From: Acidobacteriota bacterium
Lineage (GTDB): Bacteria > Acidobacteriota > UBA6911 > RPQK01 > JAJDTT01
NCBI GenBank assembly: GCA_965263035.1
Contig: OZ253580.1
Span: 3,552,001 to 3,616,000 of the forward strand
Length of the DNA stretch: 64,000 bases
Direction: 5' to 3'
The position numbers and the translations under genes were made by a program. Below the pieces are notes generated by a model. That model was not told the origin of the DNA. It saw only the letters and a list, made by a program, of their open reading frames with translations, and did not search any database. Position 1 is the stretch's first letter. Every line of letters begins with the position of its first letter. Shown here piece after piece: positions 29,306-38,647 of the stretch.

Positions 29306-30607
29306 TCACCCGCCCAACACCTTGACGGCCGAGAAGTATCCGCTGACCGCCGCCACGGCGAACAGGAAGGCCACCAGTACGTTCTCCCACCAGCGGTTGC
29401 AGTGCTCGGCCCCGATGTGGACTCGGCGAGCCGTCAAGATCCAGACCCCGATCACCAGGAAGGGAAGGACCACCACCTGCGCCGCGTTGACCGTCACCGT
29501 CAGACCGACGAAGTCCGAGTGCCCCAGGAACACCCAGATCAGGGGTGAGAGGACCACCCAGCAGGTGGCCCAACGGAAGCTGGAATGCCGCTTGTAGTCA
29601 CCGGCGCAGGCCTCTCGCGCCGAGGGCCGAAGCTGAATATAGGCATCCGCGATGAGCAGGGCATAGGCGGTGCCGTTCCCCACCATGGAACTGAACAGAG
29701 CCGCGAACACGCCGAGATAGAAGAGAACGGATCCCAGATCGCCCATGGTTTCACCCAGGAGTCGCGAGAGGCTCTCCAAATCCACGACCTGGATGTTTCT
29801 GGGGTGGAGAATCTCGGCTCCCACGACCCAGATGGAGAGGTCCAGGACGATGAGAACGATGATCCCCAATATCAGGTCGTATCGCTGAACCCGGCGGTGG
29901 TCCGGAGTCGTCCATCCCTTCTCCCGCATGAAGTAGGGATACAAGAGGTTTCCCAGGCTGCCGGCGATAGCCCCCACCATGGCCACCATGAGGAATACGG
30001 CGTCGAAGCGCCCCAGGGTCTCGGGAACCTCTAGTCCCAGAATTCCCCTGGCGATACCTCCAGCCGACGGACCGGACCACCCGGCCAGTCCGATCAGGGA
30101 AACCGACAGAGCCCCGGCCAGAACGAAAAAGATCGCTTCGATTCTCCGGTAGTCGGGCCGGAACACGAGCAGCAGAACGGTCAGGGCCAGAGCCGCGCCC
30201 CAGGCCGGAATGCTGCCGATTCCCGTGACCTTGATGCAGATCTCGGCCGTTCCCACCAGTAGAAACACGCCGATGCCGTGGGTGAGCAACAACGTCCCCG
30301 TCAGGACCATCAGGGCGAAGAGGGGATGCAGCCGACCCAAGCCCGCCATTACCGTCTCACCCCGCTGGTTGCAGAGCTGGTATTTGGCGATGATGGAGAC
30401 GAACAGGTAGCGGAGGATCAGGCAGAGGGCGAAGCCCCACATGAGGGAGTAGCCGTAGTTGCCTCCCGCCATGGCCGACTCGACGATGTCCCCGGCTCCC
30501 AGCCAGGTCAGGACGACCACGATCCCGGGTCCCATGGACCGGACGTATTCCAGAAAGGAGCGGGGAACGGGAGCCGGTGTATAGGCCGAACTATCTCCTC
30601 CTCTCAT
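29306..30607 (-). CDS. Nramp-related (non-canonical) transporter
   Basis: GPGIVVVLTWLGAGD...GGNYGYSLMW, multi-TM; lacks DPGN. Confidence 0.8.
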   Translation of the reverse strand: MRGGDSSAYTPAPVPRSFLEYVRSMGPGIVVVLTWLGAGDIVESAMAGGNYGYSLMWGFALCLILRYLFVSIIAKYQLCNQRGETVMAGLGRLHPLFALMVLTGTLLLTHGIGVFLLVGTAEICIKVTGIGSIPAWGAALALTVLLLVFRPDYRRIEAIFFVLAGALSVSLIGLAGWSGPSAGGIARGILGLEVPETLGRFDAVFLMVAMVGAIAGSLGNLLYPYFMREKGWTTPDHRRVQRYDLILGIIVLIVLDLSIWVVGAEILHPRNIQVVDLESLSRLLGETMGDLGSVLFYLGVFAALFSSMVGNGTAYALLIADAYIQLRPSAREACAGDYKRHSSFRWATCWVVLSPLIWVFLGHSDFVGLTVTVNAAQVVVLPFLVIGVWILTARRVHIGAEHCNRWWENVLVAFLFAVAAVSGYFSAVKVLGG

Positions 30608-30640
30608 TCTCACCTCTCTCCTCTTTCGTTGTGCGCGGAG

Positions 30641-31546
30641 TTACCCTCGCAGCAGCAGGGCCAGTATGCCCGTCACCACCAACAGGACTCCCAGCATCTC
30701 CCGCCCCGTGACCCGTTCACGAAAGAAAGCGGTGGTCACCACGAAGGCAAAGAGCAACTCCACTTGTCCCAGAGCCTTCACATGGGCGGCGTTTCGAATC
30801 GTCATGGCCGTGAACCAGCAGGCGGACGCGGACATTCCGGCCAGACCGACGGCGCCGGAAATCCTCCAGGACCTGAAGACCAGGGTCAACTGTCCCGGCT
30901 CCCTCACCCGCAGGTAGAGGCCCATGGTCACGGTCTGGAACAAGAGGGCGACTACGAGAGTGCACGCCGCGGACGCGACGAAGCCGCCGCCCAGGGAGAG
31001 GCTGGCGGCCCGATAGGAGACGGCGGCCAGACCGAATCCGGCGCCACTGGCCAATCCGATTCCAGCCGTTTTTCGGAACCGGGAAGTGAAGATCTCCCGG
31101 GCGCCCAACTCCCGTTTGGCGAGGGCCAACAGCATGACGCCGGCCAAGCTCACGACGATGGCCAGCAACGCCCATGGAGTCATCGTGTCCGAGAGGATGA
31201 GCATTCCGGCTGCGGCCGCCTGGATCGTCTCCGTCTTCGAGTAAGCCGTGGCGACGACGAAGTTCCGGAATGAAAAAAGGTGGATCAGCAGCGCCGTCGC
31301 GCCGATCTGGGCCGTGGAGCCCAGGATGGCGAAGAACAGGAACCGGCGGTTGAGCTCCGGGAAATCATACTCGGCGCCGTAACGGAGGATCGCCAGATAG
31401 AGGAGGACGAAGGGCAGGGCATAGACAAAACGCGCATAGGCTGCCGCCGAAGTGCTCAACGATCCCTTAAGGTGTTTCTGGAGCGACGACCGGACGTTCT
31501 GAAGAAACGCCGCCGCGATGGTGATAGGGACCCATGTCTCGAACAA
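30641..31546 (-). CDS. DMT/EamA family transporter
   Basis: About ten TM helices, YSKTE and VKALGQVELLF. TTG start chosen after AGGAGA; the ORF track starts at 31615. Confidence 0.82.
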   Translation of the reverse strand: MFETWVPITIAAAFLQNVRSSLQKHLKGSLSTSAAAYARFVYALPFVLLYLAILRYGAEYDFPELNRRFLFFAILGSTAQIGATALLIHLFSFRNFVVATAYSKTETIQAAAAGMLILSDTMTPWALLAIVVSLAGVMLLALAKRELGAREIFTSRFRKTAGIGLASGAGFGLAAVSYRAASLSLGGGFVASAACTLVVALLFQTVTMGLYLRVREPGQLTLVFRSWRISGAVGLAGMSASACWFTAMTIRNAAHVKALGQVELLFAFVVTTAFFRERVTGREMLGVLLVVTGILALLLRG

Positions 31547-31761
31547 CGACCCAGGTTCTCCTGAACAGCGCCCGCTTGTCACGCGGTCATTGGATATTGG
31601 GCGAAAGGGCGCCAAGTCTCAAATCTCTCGGACTCATGGCAGTGCCGGGCAATCGTCGCCGGGACGACTGGCGCAGAGATCGATTCGTTGCGATTGCGCA
31701 GGGTGCGGTGCCTTCGGCGGCAATTGTATAGTTGACCAGGACCTGAAACGGAGGAGCACAG

Positions 31762-32511
31762 ATGCCCAGATTCGAAGGACAAGTGGCCATCGTCACCGGT
31801 GCGGCAGAGGGTCTCGGGTTCGGTATTGCGCAGCGCCTTGGAGGGGAAGGAGCGAGGATCATCGTCGTCGATGTGAACTCCGACTTGGCCCAACAGGCAT
31901 CGGACGCGCTCGCCCGGCAGGGAGTGTCATCAGAGGTCGTGCCCGGCGACGTGGGGGATGAGGAGACGGCCCGCCAAGCGGTCCGGAGGTCCGTCGATTG
32001 TTGGGGGCGCATCGACATTCTGGTCAACAACGCGGGCCTCGGGAGCCCCGTTGCCCGAACCTGGGAACTGCCGGTCGAGGAGATGGACCGCAGCTACCGG
32101 ACCAACCTCCGAGGCGTGTTCTCGTTCTGTCATCATGTGATTCCGCACATGCTGGAACGGGACTACGGGCGCATCGTCAACGTCTCGTCCGCCTCCGGCA
32201 AGGAAGGGGTCGCCGGGGCGGCGCCCTATGCCGCGACCAAAGCCGGCGTCATCAGCCTCACCAAGTCGATCGGCGCCGAGCTGGCGAAGACGGGGATCCG
32301 TGTGAACTGCGTCACTCCCGGCGCGGTTTTGACCCGTTTGCTGGAAAGACTGACGAAGGAGCAGATCGGCGGCATGATCACGCGGATTCCCATGGGACGC
32401 ACCGGGACAGTGTCCGAGGTTGCGGCGCTCGTCGCCTGGCTGGCATCGGAGGAGTGCTCTTACAGCACCGGAGCGGTCTTCGACGTCAGCGGCGGCCGGA
32501 CGACGTACTGA
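31762..32511 (+). CDS. SDR family oxidoreductase
   Basis: TGAAEGLG, LVNNAG, YAATK, RVNCVTPG. Confidence 0.93.
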   Translation: MPRFEGQVAIVTGAAEGLGFGIAQRLGGEGARIIVVDVNSDLAQQASDALARQGVSSEVVPGDVGDEETARQAVRRSVDCWGRIDILVNNAGLGSPVARTWELPVEEMDRSYRTNLRGVFSFCHHVIPHMLERDYGRIVNVSSASGKEGVAGAAPYAATKAGVISLTKSIGAELAKTGIRVNCVTPGAVLTRLLERLTKEQIGGMITRIPMGRTGTVSEVAALVAWLASEECSYSTGAVFDVSGGRTTY

Positions 32512-32516
32512 GCCAG

Positions 32517-32675
32517 GAGCCTGCGCCGCAGAAATTGATCTACTGCGATAGCGGTAGAATCGGTCCATATTTCCCCGATTTGTCGGCGAATAGAACAACT
32601 ATGCACCTCAAAATCGAGAAAATCTGGCCTCGATTCCCCACTTTCTCGCTACGATCATTTCTACCGCGCAGACTC
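32517..32675. mobile_element. MITE-like element B, copy 2
   Basis: Reverse complement of 7389-7547 with 6 substitutions counted by eye; flanks CCAG / CTAG. Confidence 0.9.
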
Positions 32676-32734
32676 CTAGGAGCGATGGAGCCTTGTCACC
32701 GGCGGCACCTCAGACGAGTGGGGATTCCTTGGCG

Positions 32735-33817
32735 ATGACCCGGATTCACCAATTGGACGGGTTGCGCGCCGCGGCCATGCTGCTGGTCGTCGTGTTGCAC
32801 GCCGGGTGTTTCCTGATCTCCTTCTCCGACTTCTGGCCTGCGGAACACGTGTACGCCAAGGCCACGGAACCTCGGTACAACCCCTACACGTACCTGCTGA
32901 TGGCCCTGGTCGGGTGTCTCATGCCGCTGTTTTTCATCCTGAGCGGATACTTCACGGCCGTGCAATGGCAGCATCGGGGGCTGGCACAGATGGTTATGGC
33001 CCGCTTGAAGCACGTCGGCCTGCCCTTGCTGCTGGCAATGTTCACCGTCATCCCTCTCACTCACTGGGCTTTCACCGGAAGGGGAATCAACCCGATCGGT
33101 TGGCCGGAGCATTTCTACCATCTCTGGTTTCTCTGGTACCTGTTGCTGATCGTCGGAACTTTCGCCATCGCCGCCAAATTGGGCGTGCGGTTCCGTCATC
33201 CCCTATGGTGGTCGCTCGTCCCGGCGTCCATCGTGCCGCAGTACTTCATGCGCCAGATCCTGGGCGCCGACGTACCCTCCGAGTTCCTGCCCGAACCCTC
33301 GATACTCGGCTACTACCTCGTATTCTTCCTGGTCGGAGTCTTGCTCTATCAGCGGAGTGTGCGGGTGCGCCGGTGGTGGTCCGCGGGACTGTTCGTGAGC
33401 CTTCCGGTTCTGCCGCTGGCGCTGGCGTTTCTGTATCCTGGAAAAATTGAATTCGTGGACCCGGCGGGGGCCTGGGCGCCGTTGGGAGCAGCCGTGTTTC
33501 AGGTCGCGTTCACTTGGCTGGCCTGCTTCGGAATGATGGGATTGTTCCGCCGCATTGCGTCGCGGGAGCGGTCCTGGGTGCGTTATGTCGCGGACGCCTC
33601 CTATTGGATCTACGTCATGCATCTGCCGCTGGTGGTCTGGGGGCAGAGGCTGGCCGTGGACAAGGCGCTCAATCCTCACTTGGCGTTCGGGTTGATCTGC
33701 GTGACCGTGCCAGGTCTTTTGTTGGCGGTCTATGAGTGGGGTGTTCGTTATACCTGGATCGGGACCATGCTGAACGGCAAGCGATTCCGGATTCGCCCTG
33801 TGCCCTCGGATGGGTAG
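32735..33817 (+). CDS. membrane acyltransferase (Acyl_transf_3 / OpgC-like)
   Basis: LDGLRAAAMLLVVVLH, MPLFFILSGYF, HLWFLWYL, ASYWIYVMH. Confidence 0.88.
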   Translation: MTRIHQLDGLRAAAMLLVVVLHAGCFLISFSDFWPAEHVYAKATEPRYNPYTYLLMALVGCLMPLFFILSGYFTAVQWQHRGLAQMVMARLKHVGLPLLLAMFTVIPLTHWAFTGRGINPIGWPEHFYHLWFLWYLLLIVGTFAIAAKLGVRFRHPLWWSLVPASIVPQYFMRQILGADVPSEFLPEPSILGYYLVFFLVGVLLYQRSVRVRRWWSAGLFVSLPVLPLALAFLYPGKIEFVDPAGAWAPLGAAVFQVAFTWLACFGMMGLFRRIASRERSWVRYVADASYWIYVMHLPLVVWGQRLAVDKALNPHLAFGLICVTVPGLLLAVYEWGVRYTWIGTMLNGKRFRIRPVPSDG

Positions 33818-33832
33818 CCCGTGAAATGCTCA

Positions 33833-33904
33833 ATGAGTAGAAGTCGAAACGCTCTGATCGCGGGAGCCGGGCTTTCGGGGGTGGGAGCCGCGGGCACGCT
33901 GTGC
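33833..33904 (+). pseudogene. 5' remnant of an FAD-dependent oxidoreductase
   Basis: MSRSRNALIAGAGLSGVGAA is a GxGxxG dinucleotide-binding start; similarity stops after about 24 codons. Confidence 0.45.
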
Positions 33905-33941
33905 CTCACGGCTCCGGGAACGATTCCCTGCCGACGACAGG

Positions 33942-35642
33942 TCAGCGACTCTGGACCGGGTCGCTCTCGTTCATGGCTGAGCCATCCGGCCTTCTCAGGA
34001 AGAGCGAAATGACAACGGCGACGGACACAACCGCGGCGCTGACCGTAAACACGTCTCCAATCGCTCCGGACAGAGCGGAACTGAGGTTGGCGAGAAGAGC
34101 GTCCGCCATCTCGACGCCATCAGCGCTGCCGTCGGAGAATCCGGACCTCAGCTTGTCGATGGCGGACGGATCGATCAACGCTCTTGGATTGTCCTTGAGG
34201 GCGTCGAGTCGTCCGGGAGGAAGGGCGGCCCTCACCTTGGCCGAAACCGTCTCTTCCACCCGCAAAGAGAACCTGTTCCTTAACCAGGCGCCCAGCAGGG
34301 CGAGACCTGTCGTCCCGCCGATCAACCTGAAGAATTGAAGCGCCGAGGTCGCGGTTCCCAGGAGCCGAACCGGCACCGAATTCTGAACGGCCATGGCAAA
34401 GGTGGACAGTGTCCCGCCCAACCCCACGCCCATGATCACGATGAATCCCATTGCCCGGGCGAAGCTCGTACTCTCGTTCATGGTAGAGATGAGGACCATG
34501 CCCGCAGCCATGCACCCGGTACTGACCAGTCCCTGCCGCCGGTAATTTCCACCGGTTCGGGAGAGCAGCAGTCCGAAAAAAATGGAGCCGAAGACGATCT
34601 CCAGCATCATCGGAGTCATGAAGCCGCCGCTTCCGGTCGCGGATGCTCCCAGAACCCCCTGGAAGAAGAGGGGTAGTAAGATGACGGTCCCATACAAACC
34701 AAAGCCGGTCAGGAAGGCGACGCTCGCCGAGATGGACACCATCCGGTTGGTGTAGATTTCCAGGGGCATGATGGGAGAAACGGACCTGGATTCCACGATC
34801 AGGAAGGCTGCACCCATTGCCAATCCAAATCCCAGAAGGCCGATGATTTGCGGCGAGCCCCACCCGTACTGGACGCCGGCCCACGACAGCGCCAGCATCG
34901 TGGGCACCACGGCAAGTATCAGGGCCATCATGCCGGGATAATCCAGCTTTCGATTTTCGACCTGGGGCCTGATGTCGGGGAAGGTGAGCGCGATCAGCAG
35001 CAACACTGGAATCCCTATGGGAACATTGATCAGAAAGATCCAGTTCCAGGAGAGATGGTCCGTGATGAAGCCCCCCAGGCTCGGCCCGATGACCGACGCC
35101 ATGCCGAACACGAGAGCGATCAATCCCTGAAATCTGCCCCGTTTCCGGGGCGGGAACAGGTCCGGGATCGACCGAAAGCTCATGGTCATGAGGATTCCGC
35201 CGCCGATGCCCTGCAGGGCACGGGATGCGATGAGCTGATTCATGGATTGGCTGAGACCCGCCGGTATGGAGCCGAGGATAAAGACCGTGATCCCCAGGAC
35301 GAAGAAGAGCTTGCGCCCGTAGATGTCGGTGAGTCTTCCGGCAATGGGGATCGCCACCGTTGACGCGACCAGATAAGCGGTCGCGGCCCACGTGTAGCGG
35401 TCGAAACCGCCCAAGTCGGCGATGATGCGCGGCATGGCGGCGGCGACGACGGTCTGGCCCAGCACGGCCAGAAACATCGCAAACATCGCTCCGGTCATCG
35501 TCAACACGACCTGTCTGGTGGAAAGTCGACCGAAGTCCCCTGCCGCCGAGGGGTCCGCGGTGAATCGCTTGGTTGAACCGGATTCGTCGTTTATTCCTTT
35601 GGCTCGCTCTACGTCCGGCGGAATCCCGTTGCGGCCTATCAC
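33942..35642 (-). CDS. MFS DHA2 (EmrB/QacA-like) efflux transporter
   Basis: GRLTDIYGRK, RALQGIGGG, WNWIFLINVPIG, about 14 TM helices. Start uncertain. Confidence 0.92.
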   Translation of the reverse strand: MIGRNGIPPDVERAKGINDESGSTKRFTADPSAAGDFGRLSTRQVVLTMTGAMFAMFLAVLGQTVVAAAMPRIIADLGGFDRYTWAATAYLVASTVAIPIAGRLTDIYGRKLFFVLGITVFILGSIPAGLSQSMNQLIASRALQGIGGGILMTMSFRSIPDLFPPRKRGRFQGLIALVFGMASVIGPSLGGFITDHLSWNWIFLINVPIGIPVLLLIALTFPDIRPQVENRKLDYPGMMALILAVVPTMLALSWAGVQYGWGSPQIIGLLGFGLAMGAAFLIVESRSVSPIMPLEIYTNRMVSISASVAFLTGFGLYGTVILLPLFFQGVLGASATGSGGFMTPMMLEIVFGSIFFGLLLSRTGGNYRRQGLVSTGCMAAGMVLISTMNESTSFARAMGFIVIMGVGLGGTLSTFAMAVQNSVPVRLLGTATSALQFFRLIGGTTGLALLGAWLRNRFSLRVEETVSAKVRAALPPGRLDALKDNPRALIDPSAIDKLRSGFSDGSADGVEMADALLANLSSALSGAIGDVFTVSAAVVSVAVVISLFLRRPDGSAMNESDPVQSR

Positions 35643-35747
35643 AATACCTTGAAGACCCGGGCTTCAAACCGGGACAGGGAAGAGGAAGTGTTTGTGAGGC
35701 TCAGGATCGGACGGCGCGCCGAGCGGCATCACGTCCCGATGCCGGCG

Positions 35748-36587
35748 CTAAACCTTCTCGGCGACGATCCCGATCATGGGCGGGGCCGACAAAAACGTGC
35801 CCGGATCCCGCTCCCGCTCCCGCCATTCGGTTTCGAAGGCTCTCCGTTCCGGCTCCGTCAACAAGCCGGATTCGACCAGCCGCGGCACGTAACTGAAGAA
35901 AAACTGGGTCGGCCATTTCCAGAAATTCGTCCCCGGTCTGATGAATCGAAGGAGCGGGACCAAGTCGACCAAGCGGCAGCCGGAGGCCGCGATCAGTCCC
36001 GGCAGCCGGTCGCCGATGTTGAGATCACCCCCGTTGCGGACAAAGCTCTTGTAGACTGCCGCAAGGACGCGATCGAACGCCGGGCTTCGTGGATGAAGGG
36101 TCGTCCCGCTGTAGTTCAGGTAGTCCCAGACCACGAGTCGGCCGCCGGACCGCAGCCCGAGCACGACCTGGTCGATCACCGGGGCCGGATCGGGAAGGAA
36201 ACAGAAGAGCCAGCGCGCGAAGACGCCGTCCAATGAGCCGGGCTCCAGTTGCAGCTCTTCGACCCGGTGCACCCGCGCCCTGAGTTGCCTGAGCCCGAGA
36301 CGTTTGGCTTCGCGGTTCAGCCTGCCGATGAAACGCACCGACTCGTCGACGGCGAGCACGCGGCCTCCGCCGCCGACCCGCTCCGCCAGTTCGAGGGAGG
36401 CGAATCCCGGTCCGCAGCCGAGATCGAGCAGCCGTGCACCCGGCCCGAATCCGGCGCGGTCCCAGAGGTCGCGCGCCGCCCCGGCCCACAACCGGTGCTG
36501 AGTCTTCAGGCGCGTTTCCTCCGCGGTATCGGTGCCGAGCAGGTACGGTTCGTCCGGAGTGAGGCTCGAATCCCGGGTACTCTTCAT
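35748..36587 (-). CDS. class I SAM-dependent methyltransferase
   Basis: YLLG....E..RL..QH and LLDLGCGPG motifs. Confidence 0.9.
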   Translation of the reverse strand: MKSTRDSSLTPDEPYLLGTDTAEETRLKTQHRLWAGAARDLWDRAGFGPGARLLDLGCGPGFASLELAERVGGGGRVLAVDESVRFIGRLNREAKRLGLRQLRARVHRVEELQLEPGSLDGVFARWLFCFLPDPAPVIDQVVLGLRSGGRLVVWDYLNYSGTTLHPRSPAFDRVLAAVYKSFVRNGGDLNIGDRLPGLIAASGCRLVDLVPLLRFIRPGTNFWKWPTQFFFSYVPRLVESGLLTEPERRAFETEWRERERDPGTFLSAPPMIGIVAEKV

Positions 36588-36702
36588 GTGGCTATCTTGA
36601 TCGGATCAGACGATACCAGAGGCTGCGAACCGAACGGCTCACGTTCGTGGCCTAACTGCCGGCGCTGAAGATAGACAAGCCGTCGGTGAGTATCGCACCT
36701 TG

Positions 36703-36861
36703 GAGCCTGCGCCGCAGAAATTGATCTACTGCGAAAGCGGTAGAATCGGTCCATATTTCCCCGATTTCTCGGCGAATAGAACAACTATGCACCTCCAAAT
36801 CGAGAAAATCCGGCCTCGATTCCCCACTTTCTCGCTACGATCATTTCTACCGCGCAGACTC
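36703..36861. mobile_element. MITE-like element B, copy 3
   Basis: Same orientation as copy 2, with 4 substitutions relative to either other copy; flanks CTTG / CTCG. Confidence 0.9.
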
Positions 36862-37161
36862 CTCGGAGGCCGGGTCACCATTCTCGCGGGTCGTGCGGCG
36901 GGAGACTCGGGTCCTGGGCCGGCACGACGAGTCATCGATGGTAGTCCCTGCCCCGTTCCCGGGCAGCAACCCCGATTCTCCTTTGGCGCCTCGACGGCGA
37001 GCGCTGGAGAGTGGAGGTCCCCCGGCTGGCTGCCCGAAAATATTTGAACCGCCACTACCAGGGACGTCCCGGGGACCCGAAGTCCCTGCCTCCGGCCCTC
37101 GAAGTCTTTCCTCAGAACGGTCTGCGGTTTCATTTCCTGAGCAGGAACCAGACGGCTGCCG

Positions 37162-37248
37162 TGATTCCCGTAGCCGATCCGTCGATTCAGTGGCCTCGTC
37201 GGGAAAGACCCACGCCATGGTCACCGAGCAATCGAGTACGAACGCCAT
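37162..37248 (-). pseudogene. vapC: truncated VapC (PIN-domain) toxin
   Basis: MAFVLDCSVTMAWVFPDE is a PIN N-terminus overlapping the antitoxin stop. Similarity is lost after about 29 aa, and no YDA motif was seen in any frame. Confidence 0.75.
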
Positions 37249-37490
37249 CAGTACTTGCGTCCCTCCTCGATCATCTGACGGACCGAGAGACCAGCCAGGC
37301 TGCGGGTCTCCTGAAACGCCTTCAGGCTATCGATCGCGGCCCGGATTCTTCCGGCGTCACGTGGTCTTAACGGAATCAACTCCGCCACCGGACGATTGTG
37401 CTTCGTTATGACGAATCGTTCCCCCGCCTGCACGCGTTTCAACAACCGCGACAGGTTCTTTCTTGCTTCGAATGCGCCGATTTCAGACAT
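37248..37490 (-). CDS. Phd/YefM family antitoxin
   Basis: IGAFEARKNLSRLLKRVQAGERFVITKHNRPVAEL; GGAGG RBS. Confidence 0.9.
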   Translation of the reverse strand: MSEIGAFEARKNLSRLLKRVQAGERFVITKHNRPVAELIPLRPRDAGRIRAAIDSLKAFQETRSLAGLSVRQMIEEGRKY

Positions 37491-37527
37491 GCCACGATCC
37501 TCCCAGTGTCACCGGGCAAGAAAATAA

Positions 37528-37555
37528 ACTATATGCAGACCAGTTTAACGGTCTG
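37528..37555 (-). promoter_or_regulatory. TA promoter with palindromic operator
   Basis: TATAGT (-10-like, minus strand, 37528-37533) next to the inverted repeat CAGACC-N8-GGTCTG (37536-37555). Confidence 0.5.
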
Positions 37556-37658
37556 GCCCAGCGCAGCCAGAAACAGGGCCGGCATCACGCCGGTCATGGG
37601 CAGGACAATCTGTCGTCTGGGAAGTTGGACGAAATCCCTGACCCGGACTGACGGTCGA

Positions 37659-38642
37659 CTAATTCCTTTGTGGACCCGTCACGTCCCACCACATTCCTCT
37701 GCTGGTTGTCTTGAGTATTCCGCCTTCCCCTCCATAGTAGAGGGTCGGTGGATTGGTCTTGGTATCAAAGACCAGCGTCCATGTCCTGTTGGACCATTGC
37801 AGTCCGGCCGGCCGGAAGCGGGAACCCCCGTCGATGCTTCGAAAAACGCCCTTCGTCGTCCCCGCGTAGACGTGACTCGATGCGGTGGGGTCCACCGCCA
37901 ATGCCAGGATGTGCTGAGTAAGGGGCTCTTTCCCCGAATTCCAGCTCTGTCCCCCGTCCGTGGATTTGAAGACGCCGGCAGAGCTGGTCGCGGCGTAGAG
38001 CACGCTGGAATTTGACGGATCGATGGCGATGGCTCGAACGTCGATGTCGTATAAGCCGTTCCGATTCGCCGACCAGATTTCCCCGCCGTCCGTGGACTTG
38101 TAGACTCCGTGCCAGGTGCCTGCATAGAGGATCTCCGCATTACCAGGATCGCCGACGAGACGGCGCAGCGTCTTGTCGACCAGTCCCCGGTTCGCCTCTC
38201 GCCAGTTTTTCCCTCCATCGACAGTCTTGAAGACGCCTCCACCGTCCGTTCCCGCATACACGATTTGCCCGTTTTCCGGATCGATGACCAGGCCGCGGAT
38301 TCTCCCGTTCGTGATTCCGGAACTGGTACGGCTCCATGACCGGGCGCCGTCCGTGGACTTGTAGACGCCCATCTCATAGGTGCCTACGTAGAGCACTTGC
38401 GGCTTCGACCTGTCCAGGACGATGGCGCGCGGGGAAAGCGCCTCGAGGCCGCTTGAGGGCCAGTTGTCCTTGCCGCCCGAGGTCGTTTTGCAGAGACCCT
38501 TGGCGGCGCCCGCGTACAGGGTTCCGGGATCCGTCGGATGTAGTGCGATCACCTGCGTCTCGCCACCGCCTGGCGAACCCATCTGAGCCAAGCCCATGAC
38601 CTGGGACGAAACCGTTGCGAGGGCGAGCAGCAGAACTCTCAT
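37659..38642 (-). CDS. secreted BNR/Asp-box beta-propeller protein
   Basis: Signal peptide and repeated GVYKSTDGGxxW Asp-boxes. Confidence 0.85.
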   Translation of the reverse strand: MRVLLLALATVSSQVMGLAQMGSPGGGETQVIALHPTDPGTLYAGAAKGLCKTTSGGKDNWPSSGLEALSPRAIVLDRSKPQVLYVGTYEMGVYKSTDGARSWSRTSSGITNGRIRGLVIDPENGQIVYAGTDGGGVFKTVDGGKNWREANRGLVDKTLRRLVGDPGNAEILYAGTWHGVYKSTDGGEIWSANRNGLYDIDVRAIAIDPSNSSVLYAATSSAGVFKSTDGGQSWNSGKEPLTQHILALAVDPTASSHVYAGTTKGVFRSIDGGSRFRPAGLQWSNRTWTLVFDTKTNPPTLYYGGEGGILKTTSRGMWWDVTGPQRN

Positions 38643-38647
38643 TGGAG

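Noticed and set aside
36862-37161. Frameshifted continuation of vapC, or another gene
   Set aside because: No PIN motifs were seen in any frame and the translations look non-coding.
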